DNA from: Candidatus Bathyarchaeia archaeon
GTDB lineage: Archaea > Thermoproteota > CALKCG01 > B24
Direction of reading: 5' to 3'
DNA: 64,000 nt
Assembly (NCBI GenBank): GCA_038870975.1
Contig: JAVZJD010000001.1
Coordinates: forward strand, 32,001 to 96,000
Each line of letters opens with the position of its first letter. Positions within the stretch are counted from its first letter, which is position 1. This document shows, piece by piece, positions 1-10,752 of the stretch. A program made the translations under genes and the position numbers. The notes under the pieces were generated by a model that saw nothing but the letters and a program-made list of their open reading frames with translations, was not told the origin of the DNA and did no database searches.

Positions 1-553
1 CTTCTTCAATAAGTTTTGCAAGTCTATCTCTAGCTTCAAGCACGTTCTTACGGTAGCTACTTAAACCTACGGCTTCTTCAAGCATAGACAGCTTCTCGTG
101 AGACGGAACATATGCGAAGGATGCCACCATGCCTTGATGCATTATGAGAAGCATATTGTCCGGGTTTATTCCGAAGTTTCCGAGGATATCAACAACATCG
201 GCTTTTGAAACAGGCTTATTATTCGCGTAGAAGCGGTATTCTCCGTCAACTCTTAAAACTCTTGAAAGTCTGAAAACGTCAGATTTCCAGCTAGGTATAG
301 GCCGAACCCCTTCCTTGGGAGAATTATCCAAGACAACTGTAACCCTAGCTGTATCTTTCCCTCTGCGGATTAAATCGCTAAGTCTTCTACCGCGCTCTGT
401 ATACGCCTGTCCAAGCGCGATAGAGATTGCGAGTAGAATGCTAGATTTACCTGCTCCATTTGGACCGCAGACTATGTTAAGCCCGGGTTTAAGTCTAACT
501 CTACCATACTCATAACTCATGAAATTTTCAAGTATAACCTCTCTGATTAGCAA
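1..553 (-). CDS. SMC-family ATPase, N-terminal part (Smc5/6-like); runs off the window edge
   Basis: Not in the ORF track. My translation from TTG at 553 (GGAGG SD upstream): MLIREVILENFMSYEYGRVRLKPGLNIVCGPNGAGKSSILLAISIALG...GINPDNMLLIMHQG...KLSMLEEAVG, with Walker A, Q-loop and start of coiled coil. Confidence 0.85.
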   Translation of the reverse strand, partial: MLIREVILENFMSYEYGRVRLKPGLNIVCGPNGAGKSSILLAISIALGQAYTERGRRLSDLIRRGKDTARVTVVLDNSPKEGVRPIPSWKSDVFRLSRVLRVDGEYRFYANNKPVSKADVVDILGNFGINPDNMLLIMHQGMVASFAYVPSHEKLSMLEEAVGLSSYRKNVLEARDRLAKLIEE

Positions 554-938
554 GTATGTTCCTCCGAACAGAGTCTTGGACTGTCAAGTATACAGTCAAG
601 GTAAGATTGTCAACACCTATAAGCATATCTCTAATAAACATTTACTATTCAATAGAGTGAAAATGGGATATTTTCTCTATTTTTGAAGAATTTTAAATGA
701 ACAGTTTTTAATTCTCCACGCCGCTACCATAGATATCTCAAAGGTTATCTTAAGAGTAAGACGTAATAAGTATAGATTTAGGTGGGAGTAGCCCATCAAG
801 TAGAGGAGGTAAAGGGGCATGGTATTTTACCTCAACGCAAGTAACCTAAGTTTAGTTCATATGTTCTAGGCGTTAGAACAGACATTCTAACATTTAGCAT
901 TAAAGGGATGAAGGTGTATCAATTAATTTGATGATTTC

Positions 939-2873
939 ATGGTAAGCTGGAGAATATTTAAACCTCAAACCAAGAAAAAATTGGCTTTAACTCTTCCAAT
1001 TGCTCTTCTACTGAGTGTGTGTCTATCGTCAACATACCTAAACGTGAAAAGTAATACTTCGTCAAGTAATCCATGCCAAGGTGTACAAGCTCACACGGCT
1101 TTGAGAAGATTCTCATCCTATGAAGAATTTATAAACTTCATAAATAGGAGCTTAAGCTTTCCATGGTTTCTGGGAAATGGGGAAAGAATCGTTATACTTC
1201 CAGCTACTGGGATCGAAGCTAAATCTACGGCTATAGGCGTAGACTATTCGAGGACGAATATTCAAGTTGAGGGTGTTGATGAAGATGATGTTGTGAAGAC
1301 TGATGGAGAGTACATATACTTAGCTCTTGGAAGAAGGGTTTTAATAATTAAGGCGTATCCACCTGAAGAAGTGAGTTTTTCGGCGGAGATAAATGTAGAT
1401 GGTGTAATTTCAGGGATCTTCGTGAGCAATAAGAGGCTAATCGTAATTTCTAGTGGTGTTCATAGCTATGTGAAAAACGCGAAGAGCGATTCTATGGAGA
1501 GGAGGGAAATGTTGTTTGTGGAGCCAAGTGTATTGGTGCTTATTTACGATGTGGAAAACGCTGAAACCCCTATACTAGTTAGAAATGTCACAATGAGCGG
1601 TGTATACTTCAGCTCTAGGGTGATCGAAGATTACATCTATGTTCTAACGTTTTTCCCAATATATTTAAGGGATAGGGAGCCTATTCTTCCAGAGGTAGTT
1701 GACGGTAGACGTATAATAAGGGTTGAGCCGACATCGATCTACTACTCAAATAGGTCGGATTTCTATAACACTTTCACCATTATCGCTGCCATAAACATCC
1801 AAGACGTAAGTGAACCCATTACATATGAGACTTTTCTATTTGGATACGCTAGTTGCATATACGTCTCTTTAAACAACATATATGTTGCTATACCAAGCTA
1901 TTCCGAAAGCGGTGGAATTACTGAGATTCATAAAATTCGCATTGAAGGTGGCAAGGTAAGATATGAGGTAAGTAGCTCAGTTCCAGGTATGGTTCTAAAT
2001 CAGTTTTCAATGGATGAATTTGGCGGTTATTTTAGGATAGCCACCACGGTGAATACATGGGTGTTTAAAGGTTTGAAATCTACGATTGCTTTACGTAAAG
2101 ATGAGAATCCAATAATTAGCAATGTCTACGTATTAAACATGAGCTTGGCCGTTATTGGTGGAATTGAAGGGTTGGCACCCGGTGAACAGATGTATTCGGC
2201 TAGATTCATCGGTGATAGATGTTACTTGGTGACCTTCAAAAAAGTTGACCCACTATTCGTCATAAGTCTTGAGAACCCGACTAATCCAAGAGTGCTTGGT
2301 AAGCTTAAAATACCCGGTTACTCGGATTACCTCCACCCCTACGATGAGAACCATTTGATAGGTATAGGTAAGTGGACTATTGAAGCTGGAGAGGGGGATT
2401 TCGCATGGTTTCAAGGTGTGAAAATATCGCTTTTTGATGTAAGCGATGTTGAGCATCCAAAGGAAATAGACAGCATTATAATAGGTGATAGAGGGACAGA
2501 CTCACCAGTTTTACACAATCATAAGGCTCTACTGTTCGATAGAGACCTTAATCTTCTTGCGATGCCAATCCTATTGGCTGAAATAGATGAATCTAAGTAT
2601 CCAAACGGTATTCCTTTGAACACCTATGGAGATTACGTTTGGCAGGGTTTATACGTCTTCAACGTAACTGAGAACAGTATAAGCCTAAGGGGTAGAATCA
2701 CACATATAGAGAATCCAGAGGATTTCTTTAAGAGTGGATACTGGTTCTACTCCGAGTATGCAGTTGAGCGGGCGCTCTATATTGGTGGCACTCTCTACAC
2801 GGTCTCGAATAGGATGATAAAGATGAACGATTTAAGAAGCCTGGAGGAGATAGGTAGCATAAAATTTCCTTAA
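939..2873 (+). CDS. Secreted beta-propeller domain protein (Beta_propel family)
   Basis: N-terminal hydrophobic segment; family motifs YSRTNIQVEGVDEDDVVKTDG, NQFSMDE, VTFKKVDPLFVI, GKLKIPGYSDYLHP. Confidence 0.85.
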   Translation: MVSWRIFKPQTKKKLALTLPIALLLSVCLSSTYLNVKSNTSSSNPCQGVQAHTALRRFSSYEEFINFINRSLSFPWFLGNGERIVILPATGIEAKSTAIGVDYSRTNIQVEGVDEDDVVKTDGEYIYLALGRRVLIIKAYPPEEVSFSAEINVDGVISGIFVSNKRLIVISSGVHSYVKNAKSDSMERREMLFVEPSVLVLIYDVENAETPILVRNVTMSGVYFSSRVIEDYIYVLTFFPIYLRDREPILPEVVDGRRIIRVEPTSIYYSNRSDFYNTFTIIAAINIQDVSEPITYETFLFGYASCIYVSLNNIYVAIPSYSESGGITEIHKIRIEGGKVRYEVSSSVPGMVLNQFSMDEFGGYFRIATTVNTWVFKGLKSTIALRKDENPIISNVYVLNMSLAVIGGIEGLAPGEQMYSARFIGDRCYLVTFKKVDPLFVISLENPTNPRVLGKLKIPGYSDYLHPYDENHLIGIGKWTIEAGEGDFAWFQGVKISLFDVSDVEHPKEIDSIIIGDRGTDSPVLHNHKALLFDRDLNLLAMPILLAEIDESKYPNGIPLNTYGDYVWQGLYVFNVTENSISLRGRITHIENPEDFFKSGYWFYSEYAVERALYIGGTLYTVSNRMIKMNDLRSLEEIGSIKFP

Positions 2874-2961
2874 ACAGCGAATGAAGTAGTCTTTCAGTAC
2901 TACTATTTTTAAAAAAAGTAATATTTATATTTGCGGCTTGCAAATAATTGTAGGGTTTTCT

Positions 2962-3603
2962 ATGCACATACCCGATGGCTTCCTAGACCCCGCAGTGATT
3001 ATACTCACTTATGCTATGCTTGCAGTATATGGATTTTTTGCATTTAAGAGGATTAAAAACTCGTTGAATACTGAGAATACTCCATTGGTATCGGTTTTAT
3101 CCGCCAGTATATTCGCAGCTCAAATGTTAAATTGGCCTCTACCCGGTGGAACTAGTCTTCATTTTGTTGGAGGTGCCTTAGCTGGGATAATGCTTGGCCC
3201 ATGGCTTGGCTTTCTAACAATTTTCATAGTGCTTGTCGTTCAATGTTTGGTTTTTCACGATGGCGGGATAACTGCTCTCGGAGCAAACTCTCTAAATATG
3301 GCTATAATAGACGTCTTAGTTGGTTATGCAATCTATCAGTTTACGGTTAAAACCTTTAAAGCTAAAGATTTCCCTCGCATAGTGGCTGCTTTCCTCGGAG
3401 GCTGGCTGGGAATAACGCTTGCTGGCATAGCATGTGGACTTGAAATAGGGTATTCTCAAACCTTCCCCTATGGTGTGTCTATAACTGTACCGATTATGGC
3501 TGGATGGCATGCAGCACTTGGTGTAATCGAAGGCATTATAACAGCTTTAACAGTAGCCTATTTGAGGAAGAGAGCTCCCCATATAATGTTCATGGAGAGG
3601 TGA
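2962..3603 (+). CDS. cbiM: ECF-type Ni/Co transporter substrate component CbiM/NikM
   Basis: Metal-binding N-terminus MHIPDG (start moved to 2962); GTSLHFVGG, DGGITALGAN motifs. Confidence 0.9.
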   Translation: MHIPDGFLDPAVIILTYAMLAVYGFFAFKRIKNSLNTENTPLVSVLSASIFAAQMLNWPLPGGTSLHFVGGALAGIMLGPWLGFLTIFIVLVVQCLVFHDGGITALGANSLNMAIIDVLVGYAIYQFTVKTFKAKDFPRIVAAFLGGWLGITLAGIACGLEIGYSQTFPYGVSITVPIMAGWHAALGVIEGIITALTVAYLRKRAPHIMFMER

Positions 3604-3609
3604 ATTTTA

Positions 3610-3912
3610 ATGGATTCTTCAAGATGGGTCTTTCATAAGAAGGCTTTGACGTTGATTTTAGCGCTAATAGCGATCAGCCCAATATTTGGAGTGTTATTGG
3701 CAGATATAGTCGGTTACCATGAGCCGCTCGACGTCGCTGCTGAGGCTTTAAATCTCCCAGACTTAACTGAGTTGATAAATTGGACCCCATTCCTAGATTA
3801 CACCATCCCCGGGTTGCCCGCTGAAGTTGGTTATATTATAGCTGGATTTATCGGCGTCTTAATAATATTCGGCTTAGGTGTTTTATTAAGTAGAATGGTA
3901 AGGAGAACTTGA
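3610..3912 (+). CDS. ECF Ni/Co transporter accessory subunit (NikN/PDGLE-like)
   Basis: Two TM helices with EPLD and PFLDYTIPG motifs, located between cbiM and cbiQ. Confidence 0.75.
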   Translation: MDSSRWVFHKKALTLILALIAISPIFGVLLADIVGYHEPLDVAAEALNLPDLTELINWTPFLDYTIPGLPAEVGYIIAGFIGVLIIFGLGVLLSRMVRRT

Positions 3913-4748
3913 AATCTAAAAGTTTAACATTCAGATTTTTAGAGGAACTCGCAGAAGCGTTCAGATCGTTAGACAATGTTCAAAGCGATTTACCGTTTAA
4001 TCCAGCAACTGCTACGCTTTCAGCTTTAATTTTAACTGGGACAGCCGCTCTCAGCTACAACTTAAAAATTCTAATAGTTATACTGGCTGTAAGCACAGTG
4101 TTACTATTCATTTTAAACCGTCAATCTCTAGGCTCGTGGATTAAAACTATACTATTCGTCTTAATCTGGGCCTCTATAGTTTCAGCTCCTCTACCGTTTA
4201 TAACTACTGGGGAGGTTTTAGCGGAACTTACCATCGGGTCGGTGGCTTTAAAAATTAGCTTTGAAGGAGCACGTTTAATGGTATTCTTCACGGCTAGAGT
4301 TGTTACTTCAGTAGCAGTATTTACTAGTTTCATCATAGTCATGGGTTGGAGGGGGATAATCGCTGGGTTTGAGGAGCTACATATACCTAGGGAATTTTCT
4401 TTTATGCTCAACCTGTCGATCATAAGTATACCCGTATTTTTAAGGGAAGCTTTGAACATGCTCTTAGCAAGGGAAGCACGTATGATGAGAAGGAGTAGGA
4501 TAAGGAGTGCTTGGAGTGCACTGGCAACTGTTATTGGAGAACTCATGCTGAGAGGATATGAACGGGCGTGGAGACTCGATAAATCGATAAAAGCTAGAAG
4601 TTTTAATGGAGCAGGAAAGTTTAAAACAGTTTACCCTCATTTAAGGGCTAGGGACGTGGCGCTATTTTCACTTGCCTCAACAGTTCTCCTGTTGACGATT
4701 CTAGAGGGGTGTAACGATGTTGTTAAAATTGGAGGGTATCTACTTTAA
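3909..4748 (+). CDS. cbiQ: ECF transmembrane component T (CbiQ/NikQ)
   Basis: Multi-TM protein with AREAR and IKARSF coupling motifs. Confidence 0.85.
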   Translation: MKSKSLTFRFLEELAEAFRSLDNVQSDLPFNPATATLSALILTGTAALSYNLKILIVILAVSTVLLFILNRQSLGSWIKTILFVLIWASIVSAPLPFITTGEVLAELTIGSVALKISFEGARLMVFFTARVVTSVAVFTSFIIVMGWRGIIAGFEELHIPREFSFMLNLSIISIPVFLREALNMLLAREARMMRRSRIRSAWSALATVIGELMLRGYERAWRLDKSIKARSFNGAGKFKTVYPHLRARDVALFSLASTVLLLTILEGCNDVVKIGGYLL

Positions 4749-5445
4749 ATATCCTGGAGAAGTTGAGGTTTTAAAGGGAGCATCTCTCTCAGTAGACAGA
4801 GGTGAAGCTGTAGCACTCATAGGACCTGTTGGAAGCGGTAAAACCACACTTCTGATGATTGCGGCTGGTCTTCTTGAACCTGAAAGGGGAACAGTTCTTC
4901 TAGACGATAAACCTCTGAAAGACCAGTTGCCAGAGGCCCGTGAGAGGATAGGATTAGTCTTCCAGAACCCTGACGACCAGGTTTTTAATTCAACGGTTTA
5001 CGATGAATTAGCATTTGCCTTACGCCAGATACACGGCTCTACTAGTGAAGTTGATAGGATTGTTAGAAAAGTTGCTGAGAGGTTTAACATGACACATTTG
5101 TTGAATAGACCACCGTATAGGTTGAGTATGGGTGAGAAGCGTATAGTTACATTGGCTTCGATAATAGCCTACAACCCAGATGTTCTACTACTCGATGAGC
5201 CAACTGCTAATGTAAGCTTAAAAATCATAGAAAGTATTAAAAGCGTAGTAGAAGAGTTTAAGCGGTCTAATAAAGCCGTAGTTATAGCCTCACATGACGC
5301 AGAATTTATCGCTGAAACATCCGACCGCATATATGTAATGAATAATGGTGTTACAGTAGGCGGCTTAAATTCCAAAACGATCCTATCCAATGATGAGTTG
5401 CTCACGATGGCCGATCTGAAGGTCAATCCATCTAAAAGGGTTTAA
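4717..5445 (+). CDS. cbiO: ECF ABC ATPase (CbiO/NikO)
   Basis: GPVGSGKTT, FQNPDDQ, LSMGE, LLLDEPT. Confidence 0.9.
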   Translation: MLLKLEGIYFKYPGEVEVLKGASLSVDRGEAVALIGPVGSGKTTLLMIAAGLLEPERGTVLLDDKPLKDQLPEARERIGLVFQNPDDQVFNSTVYDELAFALRQIHGSTSEVDRIVRKVAERFNMTHLLNRPPYRLSMGEKRIVTLASIIAYNPDVLLLDEPTANVSLKIIESIKSVVEEFKRSNKAVVIASHDAEFIAETSDRIYVMNNGVTVGGLNSKTILSNDELLTMADLKVNPSKRV

Positions 5446-7197
5446 TGATGCGCTTATCTAGAAGCGTTAAGTTAGAGGCTGCATCGGTAACACTTCTATC
5501 GTTTATCCTAAGCTTTTACTTGCCTTATTTAAATACGCTTGAGGCAGAATATCCCCCGCTTTCCATTGAATTCCTCCAGCCCACGTTGATTGTTCCTTCC
5601 GTTGGAGGCTTGCCTGTGGCATATCAAAATGGAGTGCCATTCCCCTCGTTTGAAATTCAAGAGTCCAGGATATACTTAGACCTTGGAGGTGTTTGGAAGG
5701 CGTATTATGAGGGGGAAGGTAGTTACTTGTGGAGCTTGTTTCAGAGGACTCCTGAAGTTTTAAGTAAACTTGAAGCCTACGGATTCCATACACTAGAGTT
5801 TAACGATTCTTCCTGGGAGGATGAAAATATACCTTCTAGCAATAACGTTCGAGGGGGTAAGCATGAAGGTTATCAGGGTGTAATTTGGTATCGGAAGCGG
5901 TTCTCCATCCCTGATGGGTTTAAAGGTATGTACGTTGGATTGGTATTTCAAGGTTGCAATTATGTGGCTGACGTGCGGGTTAATGAGGCCTATCTAGGAT
6001 ATCATGAAGGCGGCTTTACACCGTTTGTTTTTGATGTGACTGATAAGCTTAACTATGGCGGTGTAAACCTTATCACGGTTAGAGTCCACAACGTAGCATG
6101 GGATACTACAAACATTAGAGTCCCGTATAGAAGATGTGATTGGTGGAATTATGGAGGCATATACAGAGAGGTTTACCTTGAATTTCTGCCAATAGTGCAT
6201 ATAGCTAGGGTAGATGTGACACCGTTTAAGGTGGAGCCGACTTATGGTTCACCCCCTAACCTATATATACGCAGATAGACTGGGGCTTATGGTTTGGGAG
6301 GAGATACCAGTTTACTGGTTTGACGATGAGGCTTATAGGGTTCAGCTTGAGAGGGGGATAGCCAAACAGATGTTTCTAGAGATGGTTTTAAGAGATTACA
6401 ATAGACCTTCAATTATATTCTGGGGTTTAGGTAATGAAGGGAGTGGATACGATAATAGAGTGAAGTTTCTCAGAGACCTATCTGAAGCGTTAAAACTCAT
6501 AGATGATCATAGACTTAAGTCTCAAGCCCACGTGTGGAATCCATGGGATACGTCTTGGATTGATGGAGGTTTAGATATCCCAGGCTTCAACCTTTACTTC
6601 GGAGTTTTCTACGGTTCATTGAATGACTTAGAGTACGCATTAGATATGTTCCATCAGCTAAACCGTGAAACGGCAATCTTAGTGACGGAGTTCGGTTTAT
6701 GGTCTGGTGGAGGTGTAGGAGAAGAAAGGCAAGCTCGATATTTCGAGGAGGCTTGGGTTAAAATAAGCTCTAAACCATACGTTGCTGGGGTCTGCTGGTG
6801 GACGGCTTTCGACTACGATAGCATGATAAATTTTAACACTTTCGGAGCCGTCGACTGGAGTAGAAGTAACACTAAGCTTTTGTATAAGGCTATCGGTGAG
6901 AGGTATAGAAGATGTAGAACTGTCATTGAATCCAATGAATTCTTAAGGGACTTAAGCGTAAGTTTAGCGTTAGCTTTTACTACAACCCTCATTCTAAGCG
7001 TAGTTTTCCATTTAAAGTTTAGAGTGGAATTACGAGAAAATGGCAGTATTTACTTTTTAATAGCTGGAGTTTATCTTCTCTTAAGCATTGTAAGTCTATC
7101 TTTAGCATTTCTCTCCTTCCTAGCCTCAGCTTGGATTCGTCAACTTGTGATAATAGCTGCAGTTTTTCTGGCAATAGGGGTATCATCCTTATTTTAA
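5445..7197 (+). pseudogene. Membrane-anchored glycoside hydrolase family 2, split into 5445-6278 and 6244-7197 by an apparent internal deletion and frameshift
   Basis: First ORF has the GH2 N-domain (WYRKRF, HEGGFTPF, YGGIYREV). Second has the distal TIM barrel (ADRLGLMVWEE, NRPSIIFWGLGNE, TEFG) and C-terminal TM helices. The Ig-like domain and proximal barrel are missing. Confidence 0.75.
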
Positions 7198-7265
7198 GCC
7201 TCCTAATAATACTTGGAAGAGTCAAACGTAGGAAACATAGCGACCCTACTCCGCTTTTTAAAGCT

Positions 7266-8333
7266 TCATGGAATTACTTCAACTGTATTATTAAAAGCTG
7301 GGTATAGAAGCTTATCCTTATCCACCAGCCCATTGACTACGAGCTTTTCAATAAATGGTTTAACCTCTATAATTCTCCCGACAAGACACTCAGTGGCTTC
7401 GCATATGCCTTTAAACCCATCAATCCCCCATAGCCTCTCAATATGTGTATATAGACATCTACCTCCGCATGCCTGAAAGATGTGGCAACTTGTACAAGGC
7501 TCACCTATGGTTACTTTATTTGGTAAATTCTCAGGCTTTGAATTGTAGATATCCCCAAGTTTAGCCCATGCGACATCTACAGCTATAGGACAGGCTAATA
7601 TGGTGCCGTCGGTTAATATGGAGAAGCTTTCTACGCCTGCACCGCATGGGGGGTTTGAACCGTTTAAAATAAGCCTCTTCAATATTCCTTGGAAAGGTGC
7701 CAGTCCAGGTATTCTACCTTCAGAGAGTTTTTCAATCCAGAGCTTCACTAGAGCGTTTAAACCTGGTTTATAATTCTCCTCTAGCCACCTTCTGAAGTTT
7801 TTCCATCTGGGGCTCCAAACCACGTTGAGTTGCCAGTGTATATGGTCGAATATATCTAAACCTATTAGATGGGTTACCTCCCTGTATATGTCGCTCTGTT
7901 CTGTAACAGTCATTCTCGCAACGATGTCTCCTTTAAATCCAATATCTCTAAGCCATCTAGCAGTTTTTAAAACCCTCCTATAAACACCTCGTCCCCTATA
8001 TGCATCCGTGACACTTTCAACACCGTCTATTGAAAGCAATATGGTGTTAAATTCTCTCCAATAGACTGGATCGAGGCTTTCAGCCAATAAACCGTTGGTT
8101 TGAATAATATAAATTGCATCCAGACGATCCATAAGCTTAACTATGAATTGCCAATTCAATAGCGGCTCTCCACCGTAAAATGCTACTACTGGGCTGGAGT
8201 CTTGAGATAGGAAATCTACAAGTCGTTCAACCCTGTATTTAACCTCCCATGGGACGAGATGTTTCGGAAAGCTCCCTCCACAGTAGGAGCATTTAAGATT
8301 ACAACGACCAGTTGTGAAGACTATGTAAAGCAT
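7266..8333 (-). CDS. Radical SAM/SPASM protein (AF0577/TIGR04084-like)
   Basis: CNLKCSYC, YGGEPL, C-terminal CGAG...ACP...CTSC...CGGRC SPASM cysteines. Confidence 0.85.
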   Translation of the reverse strand: MLYIVFTTGRCNLKCSYCGGSFPKHLVPWEVKYRVERLVDFLSQDSSPVVAFYGGEPLLNWQFIVKLMDRLDAIYIIQTNGLLAESLDPVYWREFNTILLSIDGVESVTDAYRGRGVYRRVLKTARWLRDIGFKGDIVARMTVTEQSDIYREVTHLIGLDIFDHIHWQLNVVWSPRWKNFRRWLEENYKPGLNALVKLWIEKLSEGRIPGLAPFQGILKRLILNGSNPPCGAGVESFSILTDGTILACPIAVDVAWAKLGDIYNSKPENLPNKVTIGEPCTSCHIFQACGGRCLYTHIERLWGIDGFKGICEATECLVGRIIEVKPFIEKLVVNGLVDKDKLLYPAFNNTVEVIP

Positions 8334-8580
8334 CCTAGGGTTTAAATTAAAAAAGACTGAAGTTTAAGGTTTCACTGGCGTTTATAAATGGTCATGTCTG
8401 ATGGATGGTTCCATCTTTGAAACCCATTGGCTACAATGGTGGAGCATAACTTTAAACCATATGAGTAGCCGATATCTACGGGTCGTTTAAGATGGAGTAG
8501 AACAAACCTTCTGAAGAGTTTCGCCTAAATTTTCCCTTGAGGGATACTACTGGGACTGTGAAAGAAGTTTGGAAATCGAA

Positions 8581-9813
8581 TTATACGTATTTCTCCGCAG
8601 CTTGGGAGGTTATCTTTGCCCATTCCCATAGACGTTGAGGCTGATATTTTACAGTGCTTATGTCTTTCATGTGTATTTCCACTATACAGTTGAACTCCCT
8701 AGCCTTCTTCAACTTCCTCTCCATATCCTTTTGTATTTCTTCAGGGTCCCAGTCTGAAGCTGTTAGAACGGCTGGATTCGGCTTCCAAGCGAATACGAAT
8801 TCGTCTCGAACGTTTTCAACAGCTTTATCGAAGTCTATGAATGGGCTCATTGAAATTTTACGTAGCCTGGGAATATTCCTCTTCAGGATATCTACTCTAT
8901 TATGTAGCGGCTCGCAACAACCGTAGTAGTTCAACCCCCACTTCTCATACCAGCGTTTCTCATGTTTTAATGCAAACTCCTCGTGCATAGCTGGAGATGC
9001 AGCTGCGAAAACTTGAGCAGCACCAACACCCCATAAATTCATCGGGTCATCTCTTAAAAGACCGAGCTTTTCATACTGCTCCAATCTATGCAACCAGGCG
9101 TCGATCATTCTATCGACGAGCTTATGTACGTAGTTTGGTCTATGGTATATATCTATGAGTATTTCTTTCACACCAGTCCATTGTACGAGTTCATCCCAGG
9201 GTGCAAACCAGAAGGAGGAGATGCCGCGTCTTTCGACCGGTACAATGTCTTCGAAAATGTCGCATAGTATTTGGAATTCTCTCTCGGCTCTATCGTAGTC
9301 AAACGCTACTTTAGGCATTTTAATCTTCTCAATATCTTCTTCGCTTTTAATCTGTACGTGGAATCTGTGGGAAACCACGGGGTTTCTCTCATCTGTTTTC
9401 ACGACATCCTCCTGCACGTAGATGCCGAAGCCCGTATCGTAGATATAATCTTGCATGGGCTGTACAATTACGGGGTCTAAACCGGGATATTCAAATCTAG
9501 GGTCTTCCACAGGTACGCCAAGCCTATGATTCCACTTGTAGATTATACGTCTAAGCCTCTCTTCATACCTCCGGCATAGGGGATGCTTCGTCTTAAGTTT
9601 GAGTTCACCGTAGACGTCCATCTCATGCCAAGGCATCTCGTAAATGTACACGATCGGTTTAACCAGCTCTAGATTGTTTATCCTCTTCTGCAATTCCACG
9701 TACTCCTCGTTAATGGGTGATGTAGCGATTTCAACGATCTGTCTCCCAAGCCCTCTTAAAACCTCTTTATCACTCTGCGGGATTTCCTCATACTTCTCCC
9801 GGCGATTCACCAA
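8581..9813 (-). CDS. Uroporphyrinogen decarboxylase/methyltransferase-like fold protein
   Basis: SPAMHEEF, YYGCCEPLH, RKISMSP, WKPNP motifs typical of URO-D-like hypothetical proteins. Confidence 0.65.
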   Translation of the reverse strand: MVNRREKYEEIPQSDKEVLRGLGRQIVEIATSPINEEYVELQKRINNLELVKPIVYIYEMPWHEMDVYGELKLKTKHPLCRRYEERLRRIIYKWNHRLGVPVEDPRFEYPGLDPVIVQPMQDYIYDTGFGIYVQEDVVKTDERNPVVSHRFHVQIKSEEDIEKIKMPKVAFDYDRAEREFQILCDIFEDIVPVERRGISSFWFAPWDELVQWTGVKEILIDIYHRPNYVHKLVDRMIDAWLHRLEQYEKLGLLRDDPMNLWGVGAAQVFAAASPAMHEEFALKHEKRWYEKWGLNYYGCCEPLHNRVDILKRNIPRLRKISMSPFIDFDKAVENVRDEFVFAWKPNPAVLTASDWDPEEIQKDMERKLKKAREFNCIVEIHMKDISTVKYQPQRLWEWAKITSQAAEKYV

Positions 9814-9976
9814 AATCCACCTACAATCCTCTACTTTCCTCTGATTTTTAAACTTCCGCTTTGAATCTACCTCTATTAGTGTGAGGAAAATACCGGTAGA
9901 AGTTTACATATTTGGTTGTGAATGGGCCGCGGATTCCGCAAAGCTTACATGCTTCTTGGGAAGAAAGCGAAATTAT

Positions 9977-10482
9977 TCACGTATATGTCTTCTCGATGCT
10001 CGATAAGAGCTTTTTCACCTTTTCTATAAAGCTTTCGGTGTCTTCGATGACACCCTTAACGTGCTTTTCGGTAGCCCAACCTTCATAGAAGTTTACATGC
10101 ATGGAGCTGACTGACCTCCAAAGCCTACCCAGCTCCTCGTCGTGGGTTTCTTCTACGAGCTTACTCACGTATTCCTAAAGCTCCTTATGGCTTGAAAGTC
10201 TTAAACCTTCTCTCTTGTAAGCTAAACTTTTCAATGCAAACGCCGCAACACCCCAAGTCTTTTCTCCAGCCTGCATTAAATCCCCTTTAGCCAATTCATC
10301 CCTGGCCCGCCTCATCAAGTTCTTTGAAGCTTCCCAGTAGGATTCAGCCAGACCTGTTGGATCAACTAATTCGGCTATCAAGTTCAACACGTACCATTCG
10401 ACTGAGACACCTTGTGCTTCAGCTACGTTCCTTAACTTTTCATAGATTTTTCTGGAACGTCTATAGTAACTATTCTACTTAC
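9977..10482 (-). pseudogene. PaREP1 (HEPN-like) family pseudogene
   Basis: QAGEKTWG and MHVNFYEG motifs; in-frame TAG at 10175-10177 (HKEL*EYV) and a 1-nt frameshift at the T5 run 10447-10451. 5' end approximate. Confidence 0.75.
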
Positions 10483-10752
10483 GATGTTAATGAAGCGTAC
10501 TCATGTATCAACTTTTAGAAGAATTCATCCATTTATAATAGAATCGTTTATGGGGGTCAAGTGTATGGGCTTTGTATATAACTCTTATATTTTAATATCC
10601 TCAAGAGGCTACGATGGTGCTGGCATCGTCATATATGTTACTGGGCGGTTGCCTATTGCGTCGATTTCTCTGACATCTAAAATCAAAATATGCACGTCTG
10701 TTAATAAATTCTAAATATACTTTATTATAGATGGTTATGTATAAACTCCTGT

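Noticed and set aside
315-515. Short plus-strand ORF, and the many similar antisense ORFs in the track
   Set aside because: Shadow ORFs opposite well-supported genes.
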